Position numbers and translations under genes: made by a program
Assembly (NCBI GenBank): GCA_043228905.1
Contig: JBHGNT010000001.1
Coordinates: forward strand, 12,152,001 to 12,216,000
DNA: 64,000 bases
Source: Azolla caroliniana
Lineage: Eukaryota; Plantae; Polypodiophyta
Direction of reading: 5' to 3'
In this document: positions 24,801-35,431 of the stretch, piece after piece
Numbering within the stretch: position 1 is the stretch's first letter
How the letters are laid out: each line of letters begins with the position of its first letter
The notes under the pieces: generated by a model
Seen by the model: the letters and a program-made list of their open reading frames with translations, nothing else
The model's database searches: none
What the model was told of the DNA's origin: nothing

Positions 24801-25015
24801 TTGAGAAAGCTATAGAACTGATAAAGAAAATGTTGTTTCTCGTGGATGACTCAGTGTGGCATTCTGTGCTAGCAGCTTGTCAAAGGTGGGGAAATGTAGA
24901 GCTTGGTAGACAAGCCTTTGAATATGCAATGGGTTTGGATAAAGAAGATGTTGCAGCATATGTTTCTTTATCAAACCTATATGCTGATGTGGATATTGAA
25001 GACAGAGAGAGTTGA
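21830..25015 (+). CDS. PLS-class pentatricopeptide repeat protein with E domain and no DYW (organellar RNA-editing factor family); true start may be ATG 22109
   Basis: Intronless ORF with many P-L-S triplets (VGNTLIDMYAKCGS, DVVSWNALITGY, PNSVTFISILSVC), then HLTCMVDLLGRAG and the E motif VWHSVLAAC...YVSLSNLYAD. Confidence 0.95.
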   Translation: METLSSWTRCSTINSFLLTPSCWENNPKLLTSHLPFSQKTPFHLQETRRAQEESWPLHSQGQKMKMKLKLKMQMKMKMKKRRKVKLKKEDKIDMEMSQHGENNGKHESLVGGMVSSSSERGFHPKIIMHMMHNSNPAKVVEKEQKENIDVQINQQVCEINANHVKGFQSAVIHTMHTSKKVMVNKEKGKRKRKDHNEILNNDSKDELLEEILSSLERGLCPEPSLNSFIHMMHRCRKEKDIVNANRLYRYMQSKGVETHGSLCNYLVPMLVEAGQIDEAHRVFNSMESKNEFSWTCLISAYVRGGKPTQALNLYHNMLQDDSVLPNGYTIVAALKACSNLKDLKCGASIHARLVGTSCLEKDLFVGNTLIDMYAKCGSLSRACEVFDNLLVRDVVSWNALITGYIEQGQASHALKCFERMQMEEGVYPNSVTIICCSKACGNTGNIVKGRELHMLTVKKGLDTDLTVNRTFVDMYAKCGSLTESRQVLSKLPIQNVVSWTALIGGYAKYGNNEEALKCYQSMRNQGIFPDAITLVHCLRACGNSGATEKVLEIHAEIARKGLLDTNVVISNALLDTYVKCGSLTKAQEVFDKIPIRDVISWTSLIAGYAGIGDGQYAIHLFEKMKIEGISPNAITYVCLLSACGSIGDIIKGQEICHEIDRQGLLERDHLVGNAIVDMYAKCGLLKAAQEVFNKLPYRDLVSWTSLMAGYLEYGYSEKVFECNKQMHLERISSDAVTTLYILKACVNIQDSNKGREMHSEITCKGLLECDVAIGVALIDMYGKCGLIPEAEDVFDKLLVRDTVAWNALLASYVEHQRCEDVFKCLESMQIDGVVQDSVTFVCILKACGTSGAAHIGQEIHRQVEKGKLLERDSVICNALLDMYIKCGLLGKAREVFENLSFRNVVTYTALITGYSQLGESGIVFDFFDRMIIEGIKPNSVTFISILSVCCHEGLVEKGEVLFHAMCEMHRISPSPQHLTCMVDLLGRAGQLEKAIELIKKMLFLVDDSVWHSVLAACQRWGNVELGRQAFEYAMGLDKEDVAAYVSLSNLYADVDIEDRES

Positions 25016-25099
25016 ATTCTATGAATACATCTAAGTGTGAAAACATGGAATTGAACAGATTTATAATGTTTGTGTAAAGAACGTACAAAATTGATTAAG

Positions 25100-25620
25100 A
25101 GTCGGCACCACATTTTGATGTAGGAACAATTGATTAAGGTTAGACATGTACAAAACATTGCATCAGTGGGGATATGTTGAGCATCCAAAATGTAAGCACT
25201 GTGTTTGCCAAATGCTTGATTGTGCGAAGACACATTGGAATGGAGGTAGAAGAACACATACGAGTGAGACCCAAACAGCTACAGTGGAGTCCTAAAGTGG
25301 CAAGCAACTAGAAACCCGTAAGTATAATTATATTGGGGGATTGTTAATAAGAACTTGTTTAATTAGTGATGTGCCAATTTGGTCTGGGATCAACCCCCCT
25401 ACACTCGTCTGCAGATTTTAAAAATTTCCAAACCAGATGCCTACATGTGTACAAATCTATAATACCATCTCCATCTTGGTTTGTCTGGAACCGTTACATG
25501 AGTGTCTAAGCTCTTTAGTGTCTAAGCTCTTTAGTGTCTAATCGACACTTGTATAATTCTCTTTATTCTTTGTGGGTTTTCACCTCACTTTGAGGTTTCC
25601 CACTAGTAATAAAAGTGTTA
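25100..25620 (+). mobile_element. Copia 3'-end remnant (PPT plus partial LTR)
   Basis: TTGGGGGATTGTT PPT/LTR junction at ~25333; copia-LTR-like hairpin GTGGGTTTTCACCTC..GAGGTTTCCCAC at ~25572-25603. Confidence 0.4.
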
Positions 25621-28419
25621 CTACGAAAAAAAGAAGTTCAACAAAAGCGTGATAAGCAATTACTCAAGGATTCCCTCTTTCCTGTACATGAAGCATCACT
25701 TGTGTAAAATTTATGTGAAGCTTCATTTGGACACTTAATAAGAATCTCCCTTAAGTGTAAAATGTGCTCAAAACTTCCACTCCTTGAGAATTTTTGTACT
25801 TCATTCAAAACATTCCACGAAGTGTTTTCTTGTAAACTTCATTGGAAGCTCCATCAAAATTTTACATGAACATTCTTTCCTTTACACGAAGCGTCATTCA
25901 TTTAAAATTTGCATAAAGCTTCCTTCATGTAATGTCTCGTGAAGCTTGTTGTTCATATAAAGTCTACATGAGTTTACGCAAAACTTCATTCATGTAAATG
26001 TAAAACATGAAGGTTGAAGCTTGGTTCGTATAAAAATCTACATGAAGCTTCCCACTTTGTTATAATGTAAAAGAATAATGTAAAAAAGTAAAAATGTGTA
26101 CCTTATGCCGCTAATAAGGGCATGAATTTGTGAATCTACGAGTGCTAGCTAACTTCCTAGTTGTGAGGTGTGGAACTCTCCTTTGTCATAAATCCTTTAA
26201 TTACCTAATGTAATAGCCAAGATGTGATGACAAAACCCATGTATCTTCACCAACATGACCGACCTTGGTCTAAATTCTTTTTGTTTATATTCTTTTTTGT
26301 TGTCATTTTCATTACATATGGATAAATCCTTCCGGAAAGCCAACATATAACACTGTTGCTGCTTTTGCGTAATGGAATTTGGGTTAGACTCAGATCCCGT
26401 TATTTGCAATTCGCCATATTGTGATGCTACGCTTATCAACGCTCATGCAACTGTTACCATAGGGATACTAGTTCCCCAAGTGATGGATTGGTTGGCTATG
26501 CCATACATAATACATGGATCTAGGATTGGAGAGTGGCTCCTCCATCGGTACCTTTGTGGCAATCTTCTAATAAGACTCCCACCGTTTCCAGAGTACATAT
26601 GCCACTTTCTTAGACCATTTGATGAACGTCAAAAACGTGGCAATGTTAACCAATAGTTCACCAATTCCCCGAAACCCAAATTTATATTGATCGACCTTGT
26701 CACTCTCCAAACGATGTTCACATGCTATGAGTAGTGAAGTCGAGAGAAGATAACGTCCATCAAACTTGCGTGCACGGACCAATGGTATACGAAAAGGTCA
26801 TATTAAAGATGATACCAATAAAAGCCTCCACAAGGCATAATTGGAATCATTGCCCATAGAAGAGTAGTTTGACAATCCTAGTTGTAGACCGCACCCAACA
26901 CAATGTTGAAGAAGACAATATCATGCCCAAAGAAAACAATATCGTTCCCAAAGCAAAAAATATTGTGCCTAACCCACACCCCTATCAAGCAAGGCAAGTT
27001 GAAGATATTCTTAATGAAGATGACAACACAACCACGATGTTAGTAGGGAACATGACCTAGACCACTACGAAAAGATGACAATAGCAATCAAAGTTCTTCA
27101 AAAATATTCCTTCACTACTAAATAATTGATTTAGATTTCATCAAGGGTATGGCCATCAACTTTCTTGTTCATCTAGAGTATACCCAAAAGAAAGGGTTTT
27201 TTTATTTGACGTTGCGCCATGCTGCTTCCCCACTTACACGCGCTACTTCCCCACTCCCACTCATAGTACAAGCTCATAACAATTGAACTAAGACTTTTTA
27301 TTGTTTTAAATACAACTCATTACTTATCCTTCATACAACACCCTTACACTATCGTTCAATATTTTTTATATTTCTATTTTTACTTATTTCCTCCTATGCA
27401 TTTCTCACGTCATGACTACGCACATGGTACTCTAGCTCCAAAATCACCTCCTAAGCCATAAAGATACTTCTTCTTGAGTGGTTACTCTAGATTCATTGGG
27501 TAGCCAACCTTTAAACCTATTATGCATTTCTCTTGAATTTTTGTTCTTTGTTGATGTACCGTTGGGGTGGGGTGTGATTCATGAACTTTACGAAAATGTA
27601 CCACACATCCATTCCCTCTTACATCATTCTTTAAAGTTTATGTTGATTGGGATGGGAATCTTAAATTGTATGTGCTTTTACTATATGAGAAGATGTATGT
27701 TGATTGAGCCTATCCTATTTGGACAACTTAGGAAAAGGGGGGGAAAAAAAAAACGCAAATGGAATAATAGTTAAATTGTTAGTTCCATCTTATTAAGATG
27801 TAGGGAAGAGAGCTACACTAGTCACTTGTGCATATCCATTTAGATCCTAGTGGTTGTGCCAATGTTGAATTGGGTCAACATGATGAGGTAATGACTATGT
27901 TTGTGTTGGATTATCGCAATCAAGAAGTGGATGTCAATGTTTTTGGAAGAAGAAGAAGAAGTAGGTGTCAACCACTCTCAAACATAAGATATAACTTGAT
28001 TTCCTTGTCTACCTAAGTGAACTTCCTAAAACAATTGTGAAAAAGGATTAACTTAATAGAAGCCTTAACTCACACTTAATCACTCAAACTCAAGGAAAGC
28101 ATGAAAAAACAAATAAAAAAGTTGCCAACAAATTATTTATTTTCCACTCACCACACTTATAAGAATGGAGATCAGGTACTTAAAAGAAGAAAGCTTAGAT
28201 GTGAAAGGATTGAGCTAAAGTTTAGCCTTGAGAGAGAGAGAGAGAGAGGGAGAGAAAGAGAGAGAGAACCAAGAGTTCTAGCTTAATATTAGAGTAAAAA
28301 ATGAAGAAGAAGGCGAACTATAAAGCACATGTTTTGCATCTTTATACTTATTTTGCATGTGACTATTAGCAATTATATCCTTTTAACATTTGTGAAGATT
28401 GGCTATCCCCAAAGGTTCA

Positions 28420-29080
28420 CCTAGTCTTCTTATTGGTGTGTCCATAACTACTTAACAGTGTTATATTATGATTAGTGCAATCATTAGTAGCCTAGATTGT
28501 CCTGGCCATGTTGTTTAACAATTGGGTATATGATGACTAGATCTTGCTCTCAATCTCGATGAGGAAGCTTAACTTTGGCTAAGATTAATATGCGATGCAT
28601 TTAGTGCAACTCAACTTGAGCCAACACGAATGTTAACACAGTCCAAGGAAAAAGGCATTCAAAGCCCTCAAGCTACCCTTGTGGTATGCTGATCATAGAA
28701 CCTCATGATTGGAATTAGGAGTTTCATGTATTTTACGAAGCCTTGAACACAATATATCAACAGTATGGTCATGCAATTGTACGAGCCTAAGTGGTATCAA
28801 TAGGTGTTCTATGCCAATTGCTCTCTCTCTAAGACCAAAGAAAAATTGTTCAACCATGGATTGAGAAGCTCTTGGAATGATCTACAATGTGAAAAAAAGC
28901 CACCACTATTTAATAGGCCCAAAATTCACATTTCAAGTTGACCACTTTCACTCTCTTCTACCTCATCAACAAGCTTGCATGCTAAAGATTGATCCTTTGA
29001 TAATTTGAGGTTGCCATTTTCGCAAATGGTAGGGTGCCCATATGTGGTCACATACTACCTATCATGACTCAAACCCTAAG
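28420..29080 (+). mobile_element. Degenerate Ty3/gypsy RT-RNase H fragment
   Basis: Frame-shifted motifs DWN*EFHVF, LYEPKWYQ*VFYA, EALGMIYNV, FQVDH. Confidence 0.55.
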
Positions 29081-29450
29081 CAATTTATTGGACAACTCCA
29101 GAGCGCAAACAATCCTAGAATCTTCGGCCAAATGAATGCATTACAACTTTTAGGAATGACGAATGCAGTTTCTGTTGTTCGGGGCGCCATTAACCGTTCA
29201 TTGTTGTCTAGCCACCATTAGCATATCGCCACGCTATTGAACTTGGAACGAGTGTCTACTTTCTGAGATCAAAATGCACTTGATATCCACAAGATCTCTC
29301 TTTGCGAGGAATTGGCAATCTCTCTCTCTCTCTCTCTCTCTTCACACATTGAGACTTGGTGCTTCAAAGTATGAATATCCCAAGGAGACACACATCAAGA
29401 TAACTTTTGTACTAGGGTCCTATGGGTCAATATTGGCCTCTCTACGGACG

Positions 29451-29493
<43 letters not shown>

Positions 29494-29857
29494 GATCCAA
29501 CAAGATCCTCTCGTCAAGTGAGCAAAAGAATAGCGAGGCAAATGACAACTCTATGTAGTGACAACTCTACACTACAAGTCTATGGCCCCTTTGCTTTTCC
29601 TCTGTTTCCCCACGTTTTAGACCTTTTCTTTTTCCTTCTTTTTCCTTGGACTCTTTCAATCGGTAACACACATATTTCACATACATACATACATATGTAT
29701 GTATATGTATGTATATGTACACAGTACATATATGGAAGAAGCAGACCCCATCGCCCTCCATAGCCACCACTTCTCTTCCTTGCTTGACTCCTCATTCCGC
29801 ACACTAAGAAGAAGAAGAAGAAGAAGAAGAAGAAACTATAGCTACAAGTTTACAACC

Positions 29858-32793
29858 ATGTCAAGTCTCTGTCTTCCTCCTGTTGTTCCTGAATCAAATC
29901 GAGACTCACTCAATCTCCATCGTTCTTTTCAAGGTAAAATATCATAATTATCAACAATTTCTCGCTTCTTTAGACCCCCCCAAAAAACAAATGTCGATCA
30001 AATATTTCATTCCATAGCTTGTTTCTCCTCCTGCTCCTTCCTCTCTGTGCTTTCCTTGTATAGACCTGAACAATTATTAGTCTCTTCTTTTTCAAAGATA
30101 AAGGATGCCATTAAACCTTCCATGTAACTATCTTTTTCATCTTCCATTAGAGCATAGATCAAGAGTTTCAGATATCTTTATTTTCTCTGACTGATTGATG
30201 TATATAGACATGATGGATGGGTTTTTCTTTCGTCTTCTTCTTAGGTATTGGATGTGATGGAAGAGGCATTATTACGGTACTTGCACATAGAGATTCTTCG
30301 CAGAGAGCAAAGATCAGAGAAGTATACAAGAACATGTTTCAAGAAGGTCTTTGTGAAAGAATCAAGAGAGAACTTCATGGCAATTTCAAGGTTCGTATTG
30401 ATATGTATAACATACATGTTTTCACACATACACACACATAAAGGTAGGTAGGTAAGTAAATGAGCTACCAAGGAATGTATTGTGGGAATGACTAAACAAA
30501 ATCTTGAATTGGTTACATTACATAGTGCTTACCTTGATTCACACATTACTTTTATATAACACTCACATCCCGATTAATTGTCATCACATGGGATACACTT
30601 AATTATACATCTCTTAATCAGCACCCAAAACTTAGTTAATCGCCATCCAATCACTTAAAATGCACATTATTTAATTGGGCATTGATGCTAAATGTTTTTC
30701 CAGGATTCATTTTCAAGTGAAAACCTGGTATAAATCAAGAAACTGTCTAGACACATTGTCTTTTACAGATGGCTTTCCAACATTTAGAATGAAAAGATTT
30801 TCTGGAGGTGAGATTGATGGTGCACTATGTAGAACTGATTAGGTTTTGAGAGAATGTTTTAGGAAAACGATGCATTGCCAATGCATGTTCTCCTGAAAGT
30901 AGACATGGTAAATGACCAGCCCATTGCTTTGTCATGCTTTGGAGAATTTGATAATCATTGAAGCAGTGCTGAATGAGATCATTATTGAAAATGGTAGTGA
31001 GAGCCTTCTGTTTCTAATAGCGAAATTTGTTAATTGGACATGCTAAATTAGAGCCCACCTGATGATGTAGTAGAAATTCTCGACAACTGTTTGAGTTCTA
31101 TTAACTTGTTTTATGTTGGGTTTGAACTTCTCTTTACTTTTTCACATAAATGCAGTCGGCAATGCTCTTGTGGATGCATGAACCTGCTGATAGGGACGCC
31201 ATGATTATCAAACAGGCTCTCAGATGCGTTAATCCGATACGTCAAAATAGGATCCTTGCAGAGATTTTTTGTACAAAAACTGTGGAAGAGATCCACTCCA
31301 TCACAAATGCATATGCATCCCAAAACAAGGGAAAGTCACTTCTGAATGAGATAGAATCACGTGTAATCGATCCACCCTCTCGGGAGGTAAGAGTTGTGAC
31401 ACATGAAAATGATGTTGGAATGTCTTCTTTTTCATCTCAACTGCTACATGACATTGGAATGTGTTCTTTTTATTATATCAAATGTTATATGATGTTGAAA
31501 TGCTCGTTTCTCGCAAATGCTACTTGTTGGTATGTGTTTGTTAATTTTAATAAATTAAACATTGCCTTCTGCAAAACAAATCTATCTTATTTAGAAATCA
31601 TTATTGGCTGCAGAATGTTTCTCTTGAAAATAACTTTCTTTAGGAGAAAATTGTTTTCTACGAATGAATGTAACATTAGATCCATCCATTTAACCATGAT
31701 TCCCCAAGCAACCTTTACATGATGACATTTTTCATGTTTAGATGTTTATTACTTGGCATATAGAATCAATACTTCACATTGTGTTTTAGTAAATAGTGCA
31801 CTTGGTTTTTTCTAGTTTGAATACGCCATGATTTGCATTACACAAACTTAAAGCCCCAAGCAACCTTTACACGATGACATTTTTCATGTTTAGATGTTTA
31901 TTACTTGGCATGTAGAAGCAATGCTTTCACATTGTGCTTTAGTAAATAGTGCTCTATTTTCAATGTTACTTGGTTTTTTCTAGTTATGGATTTGCCATGA
32001 TTTGCATTACACAAACTTGTGTAATGTGATTCTTTCAAATAATTATAAGCATAAATTATTCCCAACACTCATCTCTCTTCTTTTGGAACATAGCTTTTCA
32101 CACTTTACCTACACTGCAATGTTGATGATGATATCGGCATTGAGCCCCAACACGCATTTGAGGATGCCAGAAATTTATACAACGCTGGGGAAGGATTATC
32201 AACTCATATTGATGAGGCAACTTATGTACACACTCTAACAACGCGAAACCAGAAGCAATTGTACTCCATTTTGAATGCTTATAGAAGTTTATACAAGCAC
32301 AATGTTCATGAGGTATGTATGGACAAAGAGCTAAACCAAAGTTTTGTTGGGCTATTTTCTCTTAACAGCAATGAGACATGTCATTGTATAGGGGCTCAAG
32401 CAAATGAATAATGGGACTGCTACAAAGTTTCAGAAAACGATTGAAATCATCACTGAATGTGTTGCAAACCCAGCCGATTATTTTTCCAAGGTGTGTTGAT
32501 TTTTGTTGCTACAATGAGTTAATAATTATAGCCAATGTCACTCGTGTGTGTGAGCACTACTAAGATAAGTCAACTCATGTTTTTCATGTTTCTAGGTTTT
32601 ATACACATCAATGAAAGGCCTTGGAACTGATAATCAAACTTTGATACGGGTGATTGTTACGCGTGCAGAGATAGATATGGCAGATATCAAAATCACTTTT
32701 CTTCATATGTATAAGAAAACATTACATGAATGGGTCACCTTTGATACTAGTGGCAATTTCAGAAGCTTCCTTCTAGCCTTGATTGGTGTATAA
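29858..32793 (+). CDS. ANN: Annexin (ANN5-like clade), 322 aa; exons 29858-29933, 30245-30390, 31156-31386, 32094-32312, 32392-32490, 32596-32793
   Basis: GT-AG introns give a continuous 969-nt frame with plant-annexin exon sizes (76, 146...). Repeat 1 FQGIGCD...LAHRD...ELHGNFK; AMLLWM..PADRDA; repeat 4 MKGLGTDNQTLIRVIVTRAEIDM...DTSG. Confidence 0.93.
31702..32018. repeat. ~153-bp tandem duplication in annexin intron 3
   Basis: ccccaagcaacctttaca...gcattacacaaactt occurs at 31702 and 31855. Confidence 0.85.
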
Positions 32794-34426
32794 TGCAGCA
32801 TTCATAGCCTTTGATGAACTTCTCCAATGAGCGCCATATTCCACTCTCATTGCCTTTGGTTTTAATGTGACATCGGATATTGATGAGACCCACAACACAT
32901 ACACATTCAGGCCTTGGTTTTCAAACACATCATTGATGCACACCATTACACAAGCTTGATGAATGTATATAACCTTCCTAACATGGATCCTGCCCTCGTG
33001 ATCTCGGCAATCCAAATTTCGAGCATTGTATTTGAAACAAAACTACTAAATGGTTCATACATTTACAGGGTTTTGACATTGTTGAAGCAACTCAAGTATT
33101 CTACAAAATACTTCAATCAAGTATAAATTGTAAACCAACTAAAATGCTTCACCTTAATCAAACCTTCCTCCAATGTACTAAAATCTAGATTGCAACCACC
33201 AACAAGACATCATCCAACAATTACAAAATTATGGATTTCACACTCAATACACAAGCTTGATGAACCTAGATAACCTTCCTAGAATGGATCCAGCCCTCCA
33301 TCGTTTTGGAAGTAAAAAATAGAATTCTTCAAGGCTCTTGGATGGATACAATATATAATATAACATTATTGAATGCTCCTGAAATTATCCAATCAGTTTT
33401 TTTTTTTACATTGCATAATTGTTCACATAGTTAGATGGTTGTGCAAAAAATGGGAACTCTACTAATATTATGATACTACAACATTAGACTAATCTAGCCT
33501 TATAACTAACAATATAAATCAATGCGCTTACATCATTAACATACCCAAGATGAGATAAATACACTAGTCAGTGGTTATAATTCAATATAAAGATCAGCAA
33601 TGGAGATGTACACATTATTGGATACGAAATTAGCCAACCTTTTATTAGATAATCAATGCTAACTCAGCCAAAAGGAATGTGGAATAGCTACTCATATCTT
33701 CAGTCTTTTCCATTAAATATGAGTGTTACGGGCATGACCATTTAATATCCCGTGGTGAGAATTTACCATAGTATTCTATACACGTGGATAAGTGTGAGGG
33801 TTAAACGAGAGTGTAAAGAAGGGGAGGATTACTTTTAATCCTCGAGATTGAGACAACCCATTAGGTCAAGTGTGAACTTGCCTGGGGGCCTTGGGTATCG
33901 CTATAAATAAGAGGCCTAACTACCCTCATTTGATCATCTTTTGACTACATCGAGACTCTGCTCTTGTGGTGGGTCAACTCTTGTAGCGAGCGCGCTAGCA
34001 CCAGGTACGACTCGACGCCACGGCGGTGGTATGGGACGCTGATCGAAGCTCGAGTCCGTCTCGATCCCTTCGCTCGGGGGTGGTCGGGTGGATCGGCACC
34101 CTTCTTTCTCTTTCTCCTTTCTATCTATCATTAGTTTATCCTTATCTTAAGCTTACTTTAGTACCTAGATCTCTAATAGTTGGTATCAAAGCTATGTACT
34201 AATGTTTCTTTGTTTGTCTTTTGTCTTTTGATTGATGGTGATCGATCGATGTGCGATCGGCCTTGATCCAGACAACGATCAACGAAGAACTTCGGTGACT
34301 CTTTCCGTAATTTTTTTTTTCTATTCTCTCTTCTCCCATCTAATCATGTGTTTAGTTTATATGTCATTTTTTTTCTTTAAGTCAATGATGTTGTAGTGGT
34401 CTTTAATTGATTATCTAAAACGTTTA

Positions 34427-34692
34427 CATATGTGCACGAGGTCAATACCTCGTTTGACATATAAATAATATGTGATGAGTGTCGTATGCGTACGAGGTTA
34501 ATACCTCAATTACGTATTACATTCACGAACATATTTTACGTTTGCGTATGAGTTTAATACCTTGATTTGTTGTAAAAGATATGCGTTAAGTCTCGTATGC
34601 GTAAGAGGTCAATACCTCAATTGTGTATTACGATGATCTCTTATTTGTGGATGTTTCGTGTGCGTAGCGGTATATATCTCGATTATGTATCT
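34427..34692 (+). repeat. Array of five hairpin repeats (GAGGT-yAAT-ACCTC core) with unrelated spacers, in the retrotransposon leader
   Basis: Cores at 34438, 34494, 34550, 34605 and 34667 (periods 56, 56, 55, 62); copies 3 and 5 are degenerate. Confidence 0.8.
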
Positions 34693-35369
34693 CGATCACA
34701 TCATTTGTGGCTATTTAATATAACGATATGTTTAATATCGGCATATGTGGTCACGTATATACGTATTTGATTGTATATATGTGATAAGTAAACATATGTG
34801 TATATTCGTTATTACGTGATTATATCGAAAGTTGTCCTTGTCGGGAAAAGGATGTTGGTGGCCGTCCTCACATTTTTGTGAGAATGGCATTGTCACCATC
34901 CCTTTTTCAACAATTTGTTATTATTGACAACCCCGTTGATGACCTCGATTTCGTTATGTAAAGAAACGCCTATAGCCATAATGATGTTGAGTATGTAGGG
35001 CTTGACCCACTTCAAGTGAGGTCGCTCCAATGACACACATATCCAACATCCCTCCCTCGTTACATGGATACGATGCCACCATGAGCTCGTTCTTACGAGA
35101 GGCATTCGTAATGACGTGACCATGTGATGGGCCACGTGGGCCTACTACGAAACGAGGGCTCATTTGGCTTGACCATTAGGTTGCACTTTGGCGTATGCCA
35201 TCGTAATTACGAGACTTGAGGTTAGGTAACGTACCAACATAGTTTTGGTAAATGAGGGCGAAATAAGGACCCTTGACATATATGTTCTTTTAAAGAAAAC
35301 ATATATGATCAAATGCCTCGCATATCTCTTATACGTATCAAACATTAAACATTCGAGAAGAGAAACTTA

Positions 35370-35431
35370 CTTGGTTGGCTCAAGTGTTTAATGTATTTGT
35401 TCTCGAGGTCTCGAGTTCAAATATGACCAAG
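35370..35431 (+). other. tRNA-like (A-box/B-box) sequence in the chromovirus leader
   Basis: TGGCTCAAGTGTTTAA ... GAGGTCTCGAGTTCAAAT, closed by complementary ends CTTGGT/ACCAAG. Confidence 0.6.

Noticed and set aside
26100-28300. Short ORFs and a possible decayed retroelement
   Set aside because: TE-like composition, but no diagnostic motif or boundaries recognised.
31150-31722. 190-aa ORF as a separate gene
   Set aside because: Annexin exon 3 reading through into intron 3.
8588-32793. Calcium-signalling gene cluster (calmodulin plus annexin)
   Set aside because: Two common gene families 18 kb apart with an unrelated PPR gene between them; no evidence of co-regulation.
34427-34692. CRISPR array
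   Set aside because: Eukaryotic retrotransposon context, degenerate repeats and no cas genes; reported as a hairpin array instead.
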